DNA of 64,000 nt from Acaryochloridaceae cyanobacterium VAR_48_metabat_390 (GTDB taxonomy: Bacteria; Cyanobacteriota; Cyanobacteriia; Thermosynechococcales; Thermosynechococcaceae). Position 1 is the first letter of the stretch. Every line of letters begins with the position of its first letter. The notes beneath the pieces were generated by a model that was not told where the DNA came from, made no database searches, and worked only from the letters and a program-made list of their open reading frames with translations. Below, piece after piece: positions 47,254-56,412 of this stretch. The stretch covers positions 20,562 through 84,561 of the forward strand of contig JANPLU010000101.1 of the NCBI GenBank assembly GCA_031422435.1. The letters are read 5' to 3'. Made by a program: the position numbers and the translations under genes.

Positions 47254-47287
47254 TGCCCATCTGTGCTGTTGAAAGCCCAGATGGGCA
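47254..47287 (-). terminator. Rho-independent terminator of the ferritin-like gene
   Basis: tgcccatctg...cagatgggca hairpin followed by a T-run on the minus strand. Confidence 0.65.
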
Positions 47288-47317
47288 CATCACATTCTGC
47301 TGCTCAAAATAGAAGGA

Positions 47318-47809
47318 CTATACCTTGAGTACCCAAGCCTCGCGATTCTCTGCATTCACAAAAGAGGCTGGCACTACGGGAATCTTCACGCCCAAAGAAA
47401 CAAACGCAGCTCGAATGGCGGTTGCATGAGCGGATTCTGTGCTGCCAATGCTGGCTCCAGCGCTAATTAAAGCTGGGGTTTTAAGTTTAGCGACCTCTTG
47501 GGTGTAGGCGATCGCCGCATCGATTTCCAGCGCCAGCGCCAATTTTGCAATGTTGACATCACTGTCTACATTGCCTTCACCATTTTTGATGTAGGAAGAC
47601 ACATCGTAGCTAGATTCCGCCTTTACAGGGCTTCCGCCTAGGCTGCTGATTGCAGAGGTTAAGAGGTCGCGGTGCTGTTTGTGGTCGGCTTGGTTGGCGA
47701 GGGAGATCGCCAAGACGGCTTTACCCACATCCGTATTAGTCAGCTTGCCAGCGGCAAAGCTGTAGGCCCAAATGGCCTGATGCTCATAGAACAATGCATT
47801 GTTGAGAAT
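47318..47809 (-). pseudogene. Ferritin-like domain protein, 3' part (interrupted gene)
   Basis: ILNNALFYEHQAIWAY...H..H...LEIDAAIAY...ESAHA; joins in frame to 59989-60165. Confidence 0.9.
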
Positions 47810-47831
47810 CCCCAGTTAGATAACTTTACAG

Positions 47832-47996
47832 CTAACCCCTATAGTTTGGGATTCGTTTGTTAGTGAACCATGCCCATGAAGCCGTCGCCATCGCCGCGAT
47901 GATGCCCGTCACCTTTGGATAAACGCCGCACGAACTAAGCGCCCCACTGACCGAAGCCACAAAACCGAAAACCGAGGTGAGTCTATCCGTGTTCAT
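47832..47996 (-). CDS. Small two-TM protein, holin-like (54 aa, absent from the ORF track)
   Basis: MNTDRLTSVFGFVASVSGALSSCGVYPKVTGIIAAMATASWAWFTNKRIPNYRG; ATGA overlap with the upstream enzyme gene. Confidence 0.6.
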   Translation of the reverse strand: MNTDRLTSVFGFVASVSGALSSCGVYPKVTGIIAAMATASWAWFTNKRIPNYRG

Positions 47997-48538
47997 TGGT
48001 CATCCTGCCAAACAGAAACGTAAACATCGCCTTGCTCTACCAACGGTAGAATCTTGTCCCTCAAGTGGACATTGTGCAGCCTGAGACAGCCGAGCGTATT
48101 GAAAAGCTTTTGTAGCAATGCCCAAGCAAGAGGCCATCCGCAAGCCGTACCACCGCCGTGCATCATTAGACCAGCGCGAAAATTGCCGTCCTCATTGCCC
48201 TCAAGGTCGATAAGGTCAAAGCTGTACCATCCGTACTGCATGAGGGTGCGTTCATAGTTCGGGGAGCTGCCCACATCCTCATAGTCGCGGTAGACCTGCC
48301 CAATCCGGTAAAGACCAGGGGGCGTGTCTCCGCTGTTGGCTCTCCAGTCCGCACCCAGACCTTCAGCAAGACAGGGGATTGTGAAGAGACACATTCCATA
48401 GAAATCGAATGCTTTTAAGGTCTTAGACTGAGCATTGACCACCAGATGATAGTCACCCTTCTTAAAACCGAACTCTTGCGGCCTACGCCGTGGTGCAGTC
48501 AACATCAATCCAACCTCTCGTAATAGGGAACATTCCAA
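47993..48538 (-). CDS. L,D-transpeptidase-fold (YkuD-like) protein, putative endolysin
   Basis: DTPPGLY, MMHGGG...TLGCLRLHN (His and Cys catalytic motif); likely start at MLTAP. Confidence 0.75.
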   Translation of the reverse strand: MECSLLREVGLMLTAPRRRPQEFGFKKGDYHLVVNAQSKTLKAFDFYGMCLFTIPCLAEGLGADWRANSGDTPPGLYRIGQVYRDYEDVGSSPNYERTLMQYGWYSFDLIDLEGNEDGNFRAGLMMHGGGTACGWPLAWALLQKLFNTLGCLRLHNVHLRDKILPLVEQGDVYVSVWQDDQ

Positions 48539-48789
48539 GACCTAACCTGAACCGACTGATTTTTAGGATTATTATTCTCAGTCGAGGAGCGCTGCACTTT
48601 TCCTGCAAGGTCATTGCCTAACAGCAGGTTGCTGCCACCGATAAAGGTCAACGCCATTAGGATTCGGTCTAGACGAACCGTTAAGCTGCTGAGATTGCCG
48701 TTAGCAACTTTTATTTCAGCCATCAACCCGTCGCTAGCCTGCTTTGCGTCAGCCGCGATGTCTTTTAGGGATTGCTCATTTCTGTTCAT
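48505..48789 (-). CDS. Small coiled-coil plus hydrophobic-segment protein
   Basis: Tightly packed in the operon; hydrophobic ILMALTFIGG stretch. Confidence 0.55.
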   Translation of the reverse strand: MNRNEQSLKDIAADAKQASDGLMAEIKVANGNLSSLTVRLDRILMALTFIGGSNLLLGNDLAGKVQRSSTENNNPKNQSVQVRSWNVPYYERLD

Positions 48790-48792
48790 TTT

Positions 48793-50091
48793 TTATCTCC
48801 CCACGGCCTGCAAATAGGTTGTAATTGCTCCATTTATCGAAGTGCAATCAGCGTCAGTTATGCCAACGTCACCTTTAAGAAGCATCCAAAACTTAATGCC
48901 GCCTGTATTAAATTCACCGTTGCCAGACAATAAACGAATTTTATTGTTAGCCCTAACTACTGAATCGGATTCACGGCTAAAAGTGCTGTTATAAAAGAAC
49001 CTGTCTTTAATCTGTGTGCCATTTGCCGCCTTAGAATAAAGCGACATCAAGGCATCTAAAGGGTTAGGAAGACCTATATAAATATAAAAATTATTTACGC
49101 TGTGACAGCCGCCGTCAAATAGGTCTGTATCATCTCTAGCCATAGCTTTAAAAGAACCTTTAAACGTCCACAAAGGCTTGACATCATTTTTGTAAACGCC
49201 AGCAAATTTTAGAAACATTCCTCTAAAATTTGTAGCTGTCCAATGAGTATCTAAAAATGCATCAGATGGATAGCCTATGCCGCCATCTTCGACACTGGCA
49301 CCGCTAGCAGCGCTAAACGCACGAGTGCCAGCCCAATTTTCAAGAATGCCAGTTTGAGGATTCATCAAATTGAGAGACTGACTAGCTTCTGTAGTTCCCA
49401 TAAAAGGGTAAAGTGCAAAAATTTTGCCAGAAGACGCAAACTCGCCTAGATTAGCGACCAACTGATTCAAAGCATTTGTTTGAGCCGTGGTGAGCGTGTA
49501 ACCTTGTGCAGTCTGAGCCGATCTGTAAGCCTCAACAATCTCGGTAGGGGTTGGCGGTGCTGGGGGCACACCTAAAAGAGCATCAACTTGTGCTTTGGTG
49601 TAGTAATTACTGAGATCTGCAACGCCAGCGGCACCCGTATCGCCCTTGTCGCCTTTATCTCCCTTAAGTCCTTGAATACCTTGGGCACCAGCAACACCAG
49701 GTTCACCCGTATCACCTTTGTCACCCTTATCACCTTTGTCACCTTTTGCACCAGGGGCACCTGGTAGCAAGGTTGCATCCAGCGCCTCTATCCTGATATC
49801 CCAAGAAGTTTGACTTGGTAGCAGTCTAAAGCCGAGTTTACGCACCTCTAAAGACTCTGGCTGCTCCAAAATGAAGCTTTGAGGGTCTGCCTGATAGCTG
49901 AAATCGTCTTGGGTATAGATAAACCCCGTGATGTCAGCTTGGGCGATCGCCGCACTACTCTCTTGCAACTGACCATCCTGATTAAGGGGCTGACTCAAAT
50001 GCACCACCCTAAAGTAGCTGCCCACCAAAACATCAGTGAACTGCCACTGGTCAGACAGGGTGAAGGTGGCGATAGGTGTGAATAAGGTCAT
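48793..50091 (-). CDS. Collagen-repeat spike/fibre-like protein
   Basis: Beta-rich N-terminal domain, G-X-Y repeats (GAKGDKGDKGDKGDTGEPG...), DLSNYYTKAQVD, distinct C-terminal domain. Confidence 0.7.
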   Translation of the reverse strand: MTLFTPIATFTLSDQWQFTDVLVGSYFRVVHLSQPLNQDGQLQESSAAIAQADITGFIYTQDDFSYQADPQSFILEQPESLEVRKLGFRLLPSQTSWDIRIEALDATLLPGAPGAKGDKGDKGDKGDTGEPGVAGAQGIQGLKGDKGDKGDTGAAGVADLSNYYTKAQVDALLGVPPAPPTPTEIVEAYRSAQTAQGYTLTTAQTNALNQLVANLGEFASSGKIFALYPFMGTTEASQSLNLMNPQTGILENWAGTRAFSAASGASVEDGGIGYPSDAFLDTHWTATNFRGMFLKFAGVYKNDVKPLWTFKGSFKAMARDDTDLFDGGCHSVNNFYIYIGLPNPLDALMSLYSKAANGTQIKDRFFYNSTFSRESDSVVRANNKIRLLSGNGEFNTGGIKFWMLLKGDVGITDADCTSINGAITTYLQAVGR

Positions 50092-50441
50092 GGCACACGG
50101 GCTTCTAGGGTAATTTGCCAGTCAGACGATGATGGAACGCGAGTAAAGCGCCTAAGCCTGATTTGTGGCTCCCATCGGGCTATGCCATTGGAGCGCAACT
50201 CATCAGGAACTGAGATTCTAAAAATCTTTTTCTCAGCGCTGGGATATAAAGACCGAAAGGTAAATGAGGCATTCTCATCTACAAAGAACTGACGCAAGTA
50301 CGCCGTTCCCCGTGGGGCTGAGGTAAAGGTATGAGTGACGCGAATCAGAACAGTTTCAAGGTCAATAAGAATGCCATAGGCACCGCCAACAGCCTGCCAT
50401 TCTAGGCCAGGTTGAACGGTACCGAGGCTAACCCATGACAT
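50088..50441 (-). CDS. Small beta-rich virion-like protein
   Basis: Resembles the N-terminal domain of the collagen protein; ATGA overlap. Confidence 0.55.
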   Translation of the reverse strand: MSWVSLGTVQPGLEWQAVGGAYGILIDLETVLIRVTHTFTSAPRGTAYLRQFFVDENASFTFRSLYPSAEKKIFRISVPDELRSNGIARWEPQIRLRRFTRVPSSSDWQITLEARVP

Positions 50442-50705
50442 CTAGACCATCCCTGCCAACGCAAATTCCATGTCTTCTAGGTAATCGTCGGGGCTGATAT
50501 TGTCCTCTAACATGCAGTCGAGCAGGTCATCAGGATGCATTTCGCCTCTAACGATGTCTGACAATAGCCGCTGACGACGGAAATACTGATTCCAAAGCAC
50601 CTCGGGATCATCATCTGGGGTCTGAATTTGCTCAGGCTCAAGACTGAGAGCAGACCAAGCTTTAGCGCCATCCATTATGAAAAAGTTCCAGGGACGCAAG
50701 AACAA
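50442..50705 (-). CDS. Small acidic hypothetical protein
   Basis: In operon; probable start MDGAK at about 50675. Confidence 0.5.
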   Translation of the reverse strand: MFLRPWNFFIMDGAKAWSALSLEPEQIQTPDDDPEVLWNQYFRRQRLLSDIVRGEMHPDDLLDCMLEDNISPDDYLEDMEFALAGMV

Positions 50706-51202
50706 AGATATTCAGGGTTTGCGGCCTTCACACGACCGCGAATTGTCCGATATGCGGCATCTTCATCAATCACAATGGGAGAGCCTCCAGCGCCAAAGGG
50801 GTAAGTGTAAGACTTACCACCGTAAGTCCTGTAGCTCTTGCCCGTGAGCTGTGATGTTTTGCGAGTGCCCGTGCCTCGACCTTTGACGATTACGACTCTC
50901 GGAGCAATCCAGCCGGGTAAAAGAATCTGATTAGATGCGGCGGGTGCTTGAAAGGCATAGGTTTGAAAATAATTTCCTAAGTCACCTGTGTTGCCACGTC
51001 CACGCTGAACCTGAAGCACTTTTTTAGCCGTGTTTAGGCCAGGCATAAAGGGACGAACCCAGATTTCTAACCCAGATGAAGCAATTTGCTGTTTAGGGTA
51101 AGAAACCTCATTAGATCCGTCCAAGTACGCCAAAAGCTTCGTTTTGGCGCTGTTGCTGTTGCCTCGTAAGACTCCGAGGTATCTAGCCCCTCGTCTTTTC
51201 AT
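50675..51202 (-). CDS. Basic hypothetical protein, paralogue B (candidate capsid protein)
   Basis: Arg-rich N-terminus; colinear with 51205-51753. Confidence 0.65.
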   Translation of the reverse strand: MKRRGARYLGVLRGNSNSAKTKLLAYLDGSNEVSYPKQQIASSGLEIWVRPFMPGLNTAKKVLQVQRGRGNTGDLGNYFQTYAFQAPAASNQILLPGWIAPRVVIVKGRGTGTRKTSQLTGKSYRTYGGKSYTYPFGAGGSPIVIDEDAAYRTIRGRVKAANPEYLCSCVPGTFS

Positions 51203-51204
51203 GG

Positions 51205-51753
51205 CTAGACGCTATAGCTACCAGGCACAAAGCTGCACTGATTTAAGGCGCCTGTCGTACCACTTTTAACATTGGCTCGGATCTTTAAGAACACCGCGTC
51301 TTCACTCTTTTCGTCAGCAGCCGTACCTTCTCCAAAGGGTACAGATATTGTTTTGCCGCCATATTTGCGGTATTTCAATCCGCTAATTTTGGAGGTTTCA
51401 GATGTGCCAGCTCCTGCAGTTCTGCCTGTGGTAATCGCGGCGCGAGGAGATAAAACACCAGACAAAACGAGCTTAGAATCTTCAGCAGGCGCTGTCTCGC
51501 TGACATAAGGCGCTGCAAGAGCCACAATAGTATCGTTACCGGATTGAACAAACTGCAAAAGCTTGACACCAGCACCAAGGGGAAGCACAAAGGGACGCAC
51601 CCATACTGAAGCACGGGCGGGTCGGTTGCCTGCACGTTCAGGATATTCGAGATCCACATCTCCATTGAGATAGGCGAGAAGCTTAGTCTTCGCGCTAGGA
51701 CCTCTTTTGCCTCGCAAAATGTTTAGATACCGAGTGCCAGATCGACGTGCCAT
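51205..51753 (-). CDS. Basic hypothetical protein, paralogue A (candidate capsid protein)
   Basis: Shared RYL..LRG...AKTKLLAYL.G, WVRPF, YGGK...PFG, CS.VPG. Confidence 0.65.
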   Translation of the reverse strand: MARRSGTRYLNILRGKRGPSAKTKLLAYLNGDVDLEYPERAGNRPARASVWVRPFVLPLGAGVKLLQFVQSGNDTIVALAAPYVSETAPAEDSKLVLSGVLSPRAAITTGRTAGAGTSETSKISGLKYRKYGGKTISVPFGEGTAADEKSEDAVFLKIRANVKSGTTGALNQCSFVPGSYSV

Positions 51754-51859
51754 TTGAAAATCCTATTTTTTATCAGAAAGCTTATGGAAATCACCTTAAC
51801 TCGCTGAAGTTGGCGCAAATATCCATCGAACCCTATAGGGTTCGGGCGCTGCAAATAAG

Positions 51860-52675
51860 CTAAAAACTGACAAGTCCAGATTTTTCCGAAAATCGTCTTG
51901 TGACTAAAAAAATAGGGTTAGGAAGACCATGAATAGCAACGCTGGCATTATGAAACCGGACGTAAACTGTAGGACGTTCAACTGGCTTGTTTCTGCTTTT
52001 TCCCAAAATTATTTGAGTTCCAGGGGTAGAAGGAAACGTTTTTTTGGGTTCATGAGTCGTCACATAGTCATCGTTGTAAGGGCGCTGGGCACAGTCACAT
52101 ACTTTTCTGATAACCTCTATTCCTTCGGCTTCACTAAACGCGTAAATTTGCAGATTTAAGCCTGACTCAAGGTTTTTATAGGTCACAAGAATTTTGCCTT
52201 TGCGCCATCTGTAACCATTTGCAGCGCCTAGCTCTGATTTAATGCGGTTTGCGATGGCGTTCAGTTCTGCTTCGGTCAAGGTTGTGGAAGATTCGTTAAC
52301 CAGTCTGAAGCTGATTTCAGCGCGAGATGGAGAACGACCACTAGGCACACTGTCAGGATCTTGCTTGAAATAGAGATTGACCTGCGGTTTGTATTTGACC
52401 TGAGAATCATAATCAGCGACCGGAATTCCGTAGATGGGCGCTTGGAGGTCTGCGGCTTTTCTCGCATGGAAGAAGAACAGATGCAGCCTGAGCAGGGTCA
52501 TGTCTACGGTGTCGTCATCATCCAGCAGACAGGCGCGTTTGAGTGCCCCTCTAGGGATGGTTAGGGCATCGTCATCGGTAATATCACTGAACTCTTCACG
52601 AACGAGCTTGTTATGGTAATTTCTCAGCACGTCTTGAAGGTGTTCCCATTTTGAAAACCCTTGAGGTAAGGCCAT
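51860..52675 (-). CDS. Hypothetical protein (candidate structural)
   Basis: 271-aa ORF in the co-oriented operon. Confidence 0.65.
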   Translation of the reverse strand: MALPQGFSKWEHLQDVLRNYHNKLVREEFSDITDDDALTIPRGALKRACLLDDDDTVDMTLLRLHLFFFHARKAADLQAPIYGIPVADYDSQVKYKPQVNLYFKQDPDSVPSGRSPSRAEISFRLVNESSTTLTEAELNAIANRIKSELGAANGYRWRKGKILVTYKNLESGLNLQIYAFSEAEGIEVIRKVCDCAQRPYNDDYVTTHEPKKTFPSTPGTQIILGKSRNKPVERPTVYVRFHNASVAIHGLPNPIFLVTRRFSEKSGLVSF

Positions 52676-52678
52676 TTT

Positions 52679-55330
52679 CTACACTCCTGGTTTATTAAGG
52701 TCAGTGGCTTCGATGTTGGGAGAGGCGCTTACGGTTTTAGATGCCGTTGCCGCTTCTTTCTGCGGTTGGTTCTCGGTCTGAGATTTCTCGGTGCCCAAGC
52801 CTAGGGACTTGCCTAGTTCGTCTTTTTGAGAGGCGATCTGAGTGACAGTCTCCTGGGCGCTCAGAATTTCGCTGGCGACGCTATCGATTTGTGAAACGGT
52901 GTTCTCAACGGTTTCGAGTGCCTGGGTAAATTTGTTGTCAAAGTTAGGGCTAGGGTTCATCCAGGCGTAGGATGACTCACTGACGACGCCGGAGCGCTTC
53001 AGGGCGTTACCGATTCGAGCATTCCAGCCGCCGATGGTTTCTAGGGCGCTGACGACGGAAAAGCGTAGAGACTGGATGCTGTTCCCGAGGTTCGCGGCTG
53101 CCTGATAAATACGATTTGCTTTTTTGAAGTTTGTTGAAAGCGTGGTGTAGTTCTCTGTGCCGATGGTTTCTTTAACGGTGTTCTCAACTGATTTACCAAT
53201 GAGTTCGCCTAAATCATAGGCATTGCCGCCGTCGTCTCTAATGCCAAAAACTGACAGCCCGTTTGAGAGCATTGATAGCAACGTTTGCCCAAGGTCACGG
53301 CTGAGCATGAGCGCGTTATGCAGAGTTGAAATAAGGGTAAGGACGCTCACGAGCTGCCCGAGTCGTGCCCATTTTGCAAATTTGCCTAGTTTTTCTGCAA
53401 CCCCGCTTACGGCTTGACCAACTTTACCGAGCCGGTCGAAAGTGCGCTGTCCTTGGCCTGATAGACCGCCTTCAACTTGTTGACCTAGCTTGTTATTGAT
53501 TGTGGTCAGCAGCCCCAAGTCTAGGTATTGGGCAAAGCGCTCAAAATAGTTGGCAATCGCTTCAGAGTTATCAGCCGCTTTTTTAGAGTTGTCTCTGGCA
53601 TCTTGTGCGGCGCTTTCGATAGATGCGTTACATGCATTTCCTTGACATTTGCCTCCTGACTTTGGGGCTTGAGTGGGCGTAAAAGATGGCGGGGTGAAAC
53701 TATCCAAGGGGTTTTTCTCCTTATCGGGGTCAGTGCCGAAGGGGTTCGGGGTTGGGTTAGGAATAATGGGCGCGTAGGGCGGCGGGGGCGGTGGAGATGC
53801 GGGGGATGTTGGCGAAAAGGGGATGCTTGGCGGCGGCGCAAAGCCGCTATCGTCGCCAGTGTCTGTTCCAGGGCTAGTGCCAGGTTCACTTGCTCCAGTT
53901 CCAGGGCTGGGCACAGGACCCGGCACGGATGGAGCAGGAAGCGTTGTAGGGATAGCTGGCGATGGCAATGGAACGGGCACCGCTGGGACGGGCTGCGGTG
54001 TGGGATATGGCACTACTGGAATGGGTTCCGGTACTGCTGGCACTGGAGGAGGATCGGGGACTGTTGGAGACGGCTGCGGTGAAGGAGAAGGAACGACAGG
54101 AACGGGGGGCGGTACTGCTGGCGCAGGGCTAGGTTCTGGGATTGTGGGGTTTGGACTGGGCTGCGGTACTGGCTGCGGATAGGGGTCAATAAATGGCGGC
54201 GATGTTGGGCTAGGACGAAACGGGAAGTCCTCCTCAGTGCCGTCCGGATCTGGATCTACGCCAGGGGGCAGCTGCGGTGATGGTGATTCTTCAGGTTCTG
54301 GTTCTTCGGGCGATTCCTTGGGCTTAGGTTCTGCGGGGGATGGTGGGCCTGGTTCGTCTTCTGGTGGCTCTGGGTACTCAGGGTCTGGCAGTCCTGGGTA
54401 GCGTAGCGGCAGGTCAGGCGGTATCGTGTCAGGAATCTTAATCGGCGGCGGGGCAACCGTTGGAGGTGCTGCTGAATAGGGCGGCGTAAAGATGGGTTTT
54501 TCGTTGGGTGCGCGATCTCCGTCACACCGTGCAACGCATCTAAAGCCGTATTGAGATATGGCTGTCCATTCAATCCCACCAAAACGGGATAAGGCAGTAT
54601 TAAGACCCGCTGTCTTCCATGCAACGCTGTTGTAATATTCGATGTACTCAAGAGTGCTGGGCGGATCCATGTTTTGACGAGTTGCCAAGATAGGCCCTTC
54701 CCCGTCTGCTTCCATTTCTATGTCATAGTCTGGACCTACCCGAGGATCGTTTAGAGGGTTTGACCGCCTGAATAATACAGTCCATTTGTAGGCAGCAAAA
54801 AACGTACTCGCATCTTTAACAGGCCAAGTTTCACGGGGCTGTGCAGGTACATTTTTGCCTGTTGGGTCTTGTAGTCCAGATGGGGTATGAGGTGATGGGG
54901 CGATACCAGGGAGTCCGCCAGGGCTTCCTTTTTTTGGTCTGAAGATCGGGAATATAAAGGGAACGCCCAGTGACGGAGGGGGCGGGGGAAGGGGAATCGG
55001 AATCGCTATCGGCTGAGCGTCGGGGTAAAACGGGATTGCCCCAGGGCGGCGCACTCCACGCTTAGGGATAGGTACGGCAGCTGGGGGAGGCGCGGTTCTG
55101 CCACCAGGTACTGCACGACCAGGGACTGAACCACGTCCAGGCGCTGAACCACGTCCAGGCGCACCGGAAACGGGGCGACCACGACCAGGCGGCGCCAGCG
55201 CTCCAGGCGCTGCTGGATAAATGCCCTGATGTTGAAGTAATTCTTTGCCGAGCAGAAGGCCACCAGCAATAAAGGGTAGCGCCTCAGCGACGGCACCACC
55301 CGCTAACGGGAGCGCTAGGGGTAACGGCAT
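52679..55330 (-). CDS. Large proline-rich protein with helical/hydrophobic C-terminus
   Basis: Hydrophobic N-terminus, long Pro-rich tracts, C-terminal amphipathic helices. Confidence 0.7.
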   Translation of the reverse strand: MPLPLALPLAGGAVAEALPFIAGGLLLGKELLQHQGIYPAAPGALAPPGRGRPVSGAPGRGSAPGRGSVPGRAVPGGRTAPPPAAVPIPKRGVRRPGAIPFYPDAQPIAIPIPLPPPPPSLGVPFIFPIFRPKKGSPGGLPGIAPSPHTPSGLQDPTGKNVPAQPRETWPVKDASTFFAAYKWTVLFRRSNPLNDPRVGPDYDIEMEADGEGPILATRQNMDPPSTLEYIEYYNSVAWKTAGLNTALSRFGGIEWTAISQYGFRCVARCDGDRAPNEKPIFTPPYSAAPPTVAPPPIKIPDTIPPDLPLRYPGLPDPEYPEPPEDEPGPPSPAEPKPKESPEEPEPEESPSPQLPPGVDPDPDGTEEDFPFRPSPTSPPFIDPYPQPVPQPSPNPTIPEPSPAPAVPPPVPVVPSPSPQPSPTVPDPPPVPAVPEPIPVVPYPTPQPVPAVPVPLPSPAIPTTLPAPSVPGPVPSPGTGASEPGTSPGTDTGDDSGFAPPPSIPFSPTSPASPPPPPPYAPIIPNPTPNPFGTDPDKEKNPLDSFTPPSFTPTQAPKSGGKCQGNACNASIESAAQDARDNSKKAADNSEAIANYFERFAQYLDLGLLTTINNKLGQQVEGGLSGQGQRTFDRLGKVGQAVSGVAEKLGKFAKWARLGQLVSVLTLISTLHNALMLSRDLGQTLLSMLSNGLSVFGIRDDGGNAYDLGELIGKSVENTVKETIGTENYTTLSTNFKKANRIYQAAANLGNSIQSLRFSVVSALETIGGWNARIGNALKRSGVVSESSYAWMNPSPNFDNKFTQALETVENTVSQIDSVASEILSAQETVTQIASQKDELGKSLGLGTEKSQTENQPQKEAATASKTVSASPNIEATDLNKPGV

Positions 55331-55336
55331 TAACGT

Positions 55337-55642
55337 CTAGCTCTTGAAGCTGGCAGGAATCGGAGTGGCGCTCAGTTCTTGGACGTAGTTCCAGATTTGG
55401 TTGCCGCCGCCTTGCCAGTCTTTTGAGAGGGGGACTGAGACGCGCGAGATGTTGCGCCAGGTCGCAGGGTCTGACGCGGTGATGTAAAACGGGGCGCTGG
55501 ATGCGGTGCGGGTTAGGCTTCCAGTTGTTTCGACTGCGGTCTGGTCAGGGTTTAGGTTACTGAGCAGCGTTGATGCCCAAGCTTCAAGCTTTTCGACGGT
55601 GTTGATTTCTGAAGGGATGTCTGAAGGGGTGAAGGCGGTCAT
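55337..55642 (-). CDS. Hypothetical protein, first gene of the leftward operon
   Basis: 101-aa ORF, 6 bp from the next gene. Confidence 0.65.
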   Translation of the reverse strand: MTAFTPSDIPSEINTVEKLEAWASTLLSNLNPDQTAVETTGSLTRTASSAPFYITASDPATWRNISRVSVPLSKDWQGGGNQIWNYVQELSATPIPASFKS

Positions 55643-55840
55643 GCTGTTTTTTTGGTAGCTACACTGCCTATTTATTCACCTATAAAAAATCATTTCTACT
55701 CTGTCTTTTAAGTAAAAGATAGAGTTATTGTGTTAGCCTTATCGCGTTACACATCAACCATTACAGCGTTTTACACTCACTACTTGAAAAGCCTTTTCTC
55801 TCTGTTTTAGTGTTCCTTAAATTAAAAGACCTAGTAATCA

Positions 55841-56412
55841 ATGAAACTAAATAGGCACGGAAAGGCTACTGTGTTCTCTGAGTCTGACTATTTGAAGTTT
55901 CGAGACAAGGTTACGTCTAAGACCCATCGCCTTATTTTTGACTTCGGCTGGTGGACGGGCGAACGAATGGGCGCGATTCTGCTGCTAACGGTGGATAACG
56001 TCTACAGCAACCCTGCCAAGAGTGAGCCGCGCGATTATGTGACCTATCCAGCTTCTACTCGCAAAGACCGAAGGACGCGCCAAGTGAGAATCCATCCCGA
56101 GCTGGCGACAAATCTATGGGCGTATCGCCCACCGACAGAAGGCTTTCTGTTTCAGCGTTTGAGAAACCCGGGGCAGGCGATTTCGATGAGTGATATTGAC
56201 GCGCTGATGCGCTATTACCTACAAAAGCTGGGTTGGCAGGAGCGGGGCTACGCTACACACTCGTTCCGTCGCTCGTTTATCACGCGGCTCCATGAGAATG
56301 GGACAGACCCGATTGTGATGCAGCAGCTTACGGGACACTCGAACCTACAGAATCTGATCGCTATGTGGAGGTTGACCCGAATCGGGTTGACCGTGCGCTG
56401 CTGTCTCTTTAG
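55841..56412 (+). pseudogene. Tyrosine recombinase (catalytic domain only), frameshifted before the catalytic Tyr
   Basis: TGER, K, HSFRR, TGH present; RYVEVDPNRVDRALLSL* lies in the -1 frame from 56359. Confidence 0.8.

Noticed and set aside
49630..49765. Tandem DNA repeats
   Set aside because: They encode collagen G-X-Y triplets and are not an independent repeat element.
53223..55299. Gly-rich and Arg-rich alternative-frame ORFs
   Set aside because: Shadows of the Pro-rich 883-aa gene.
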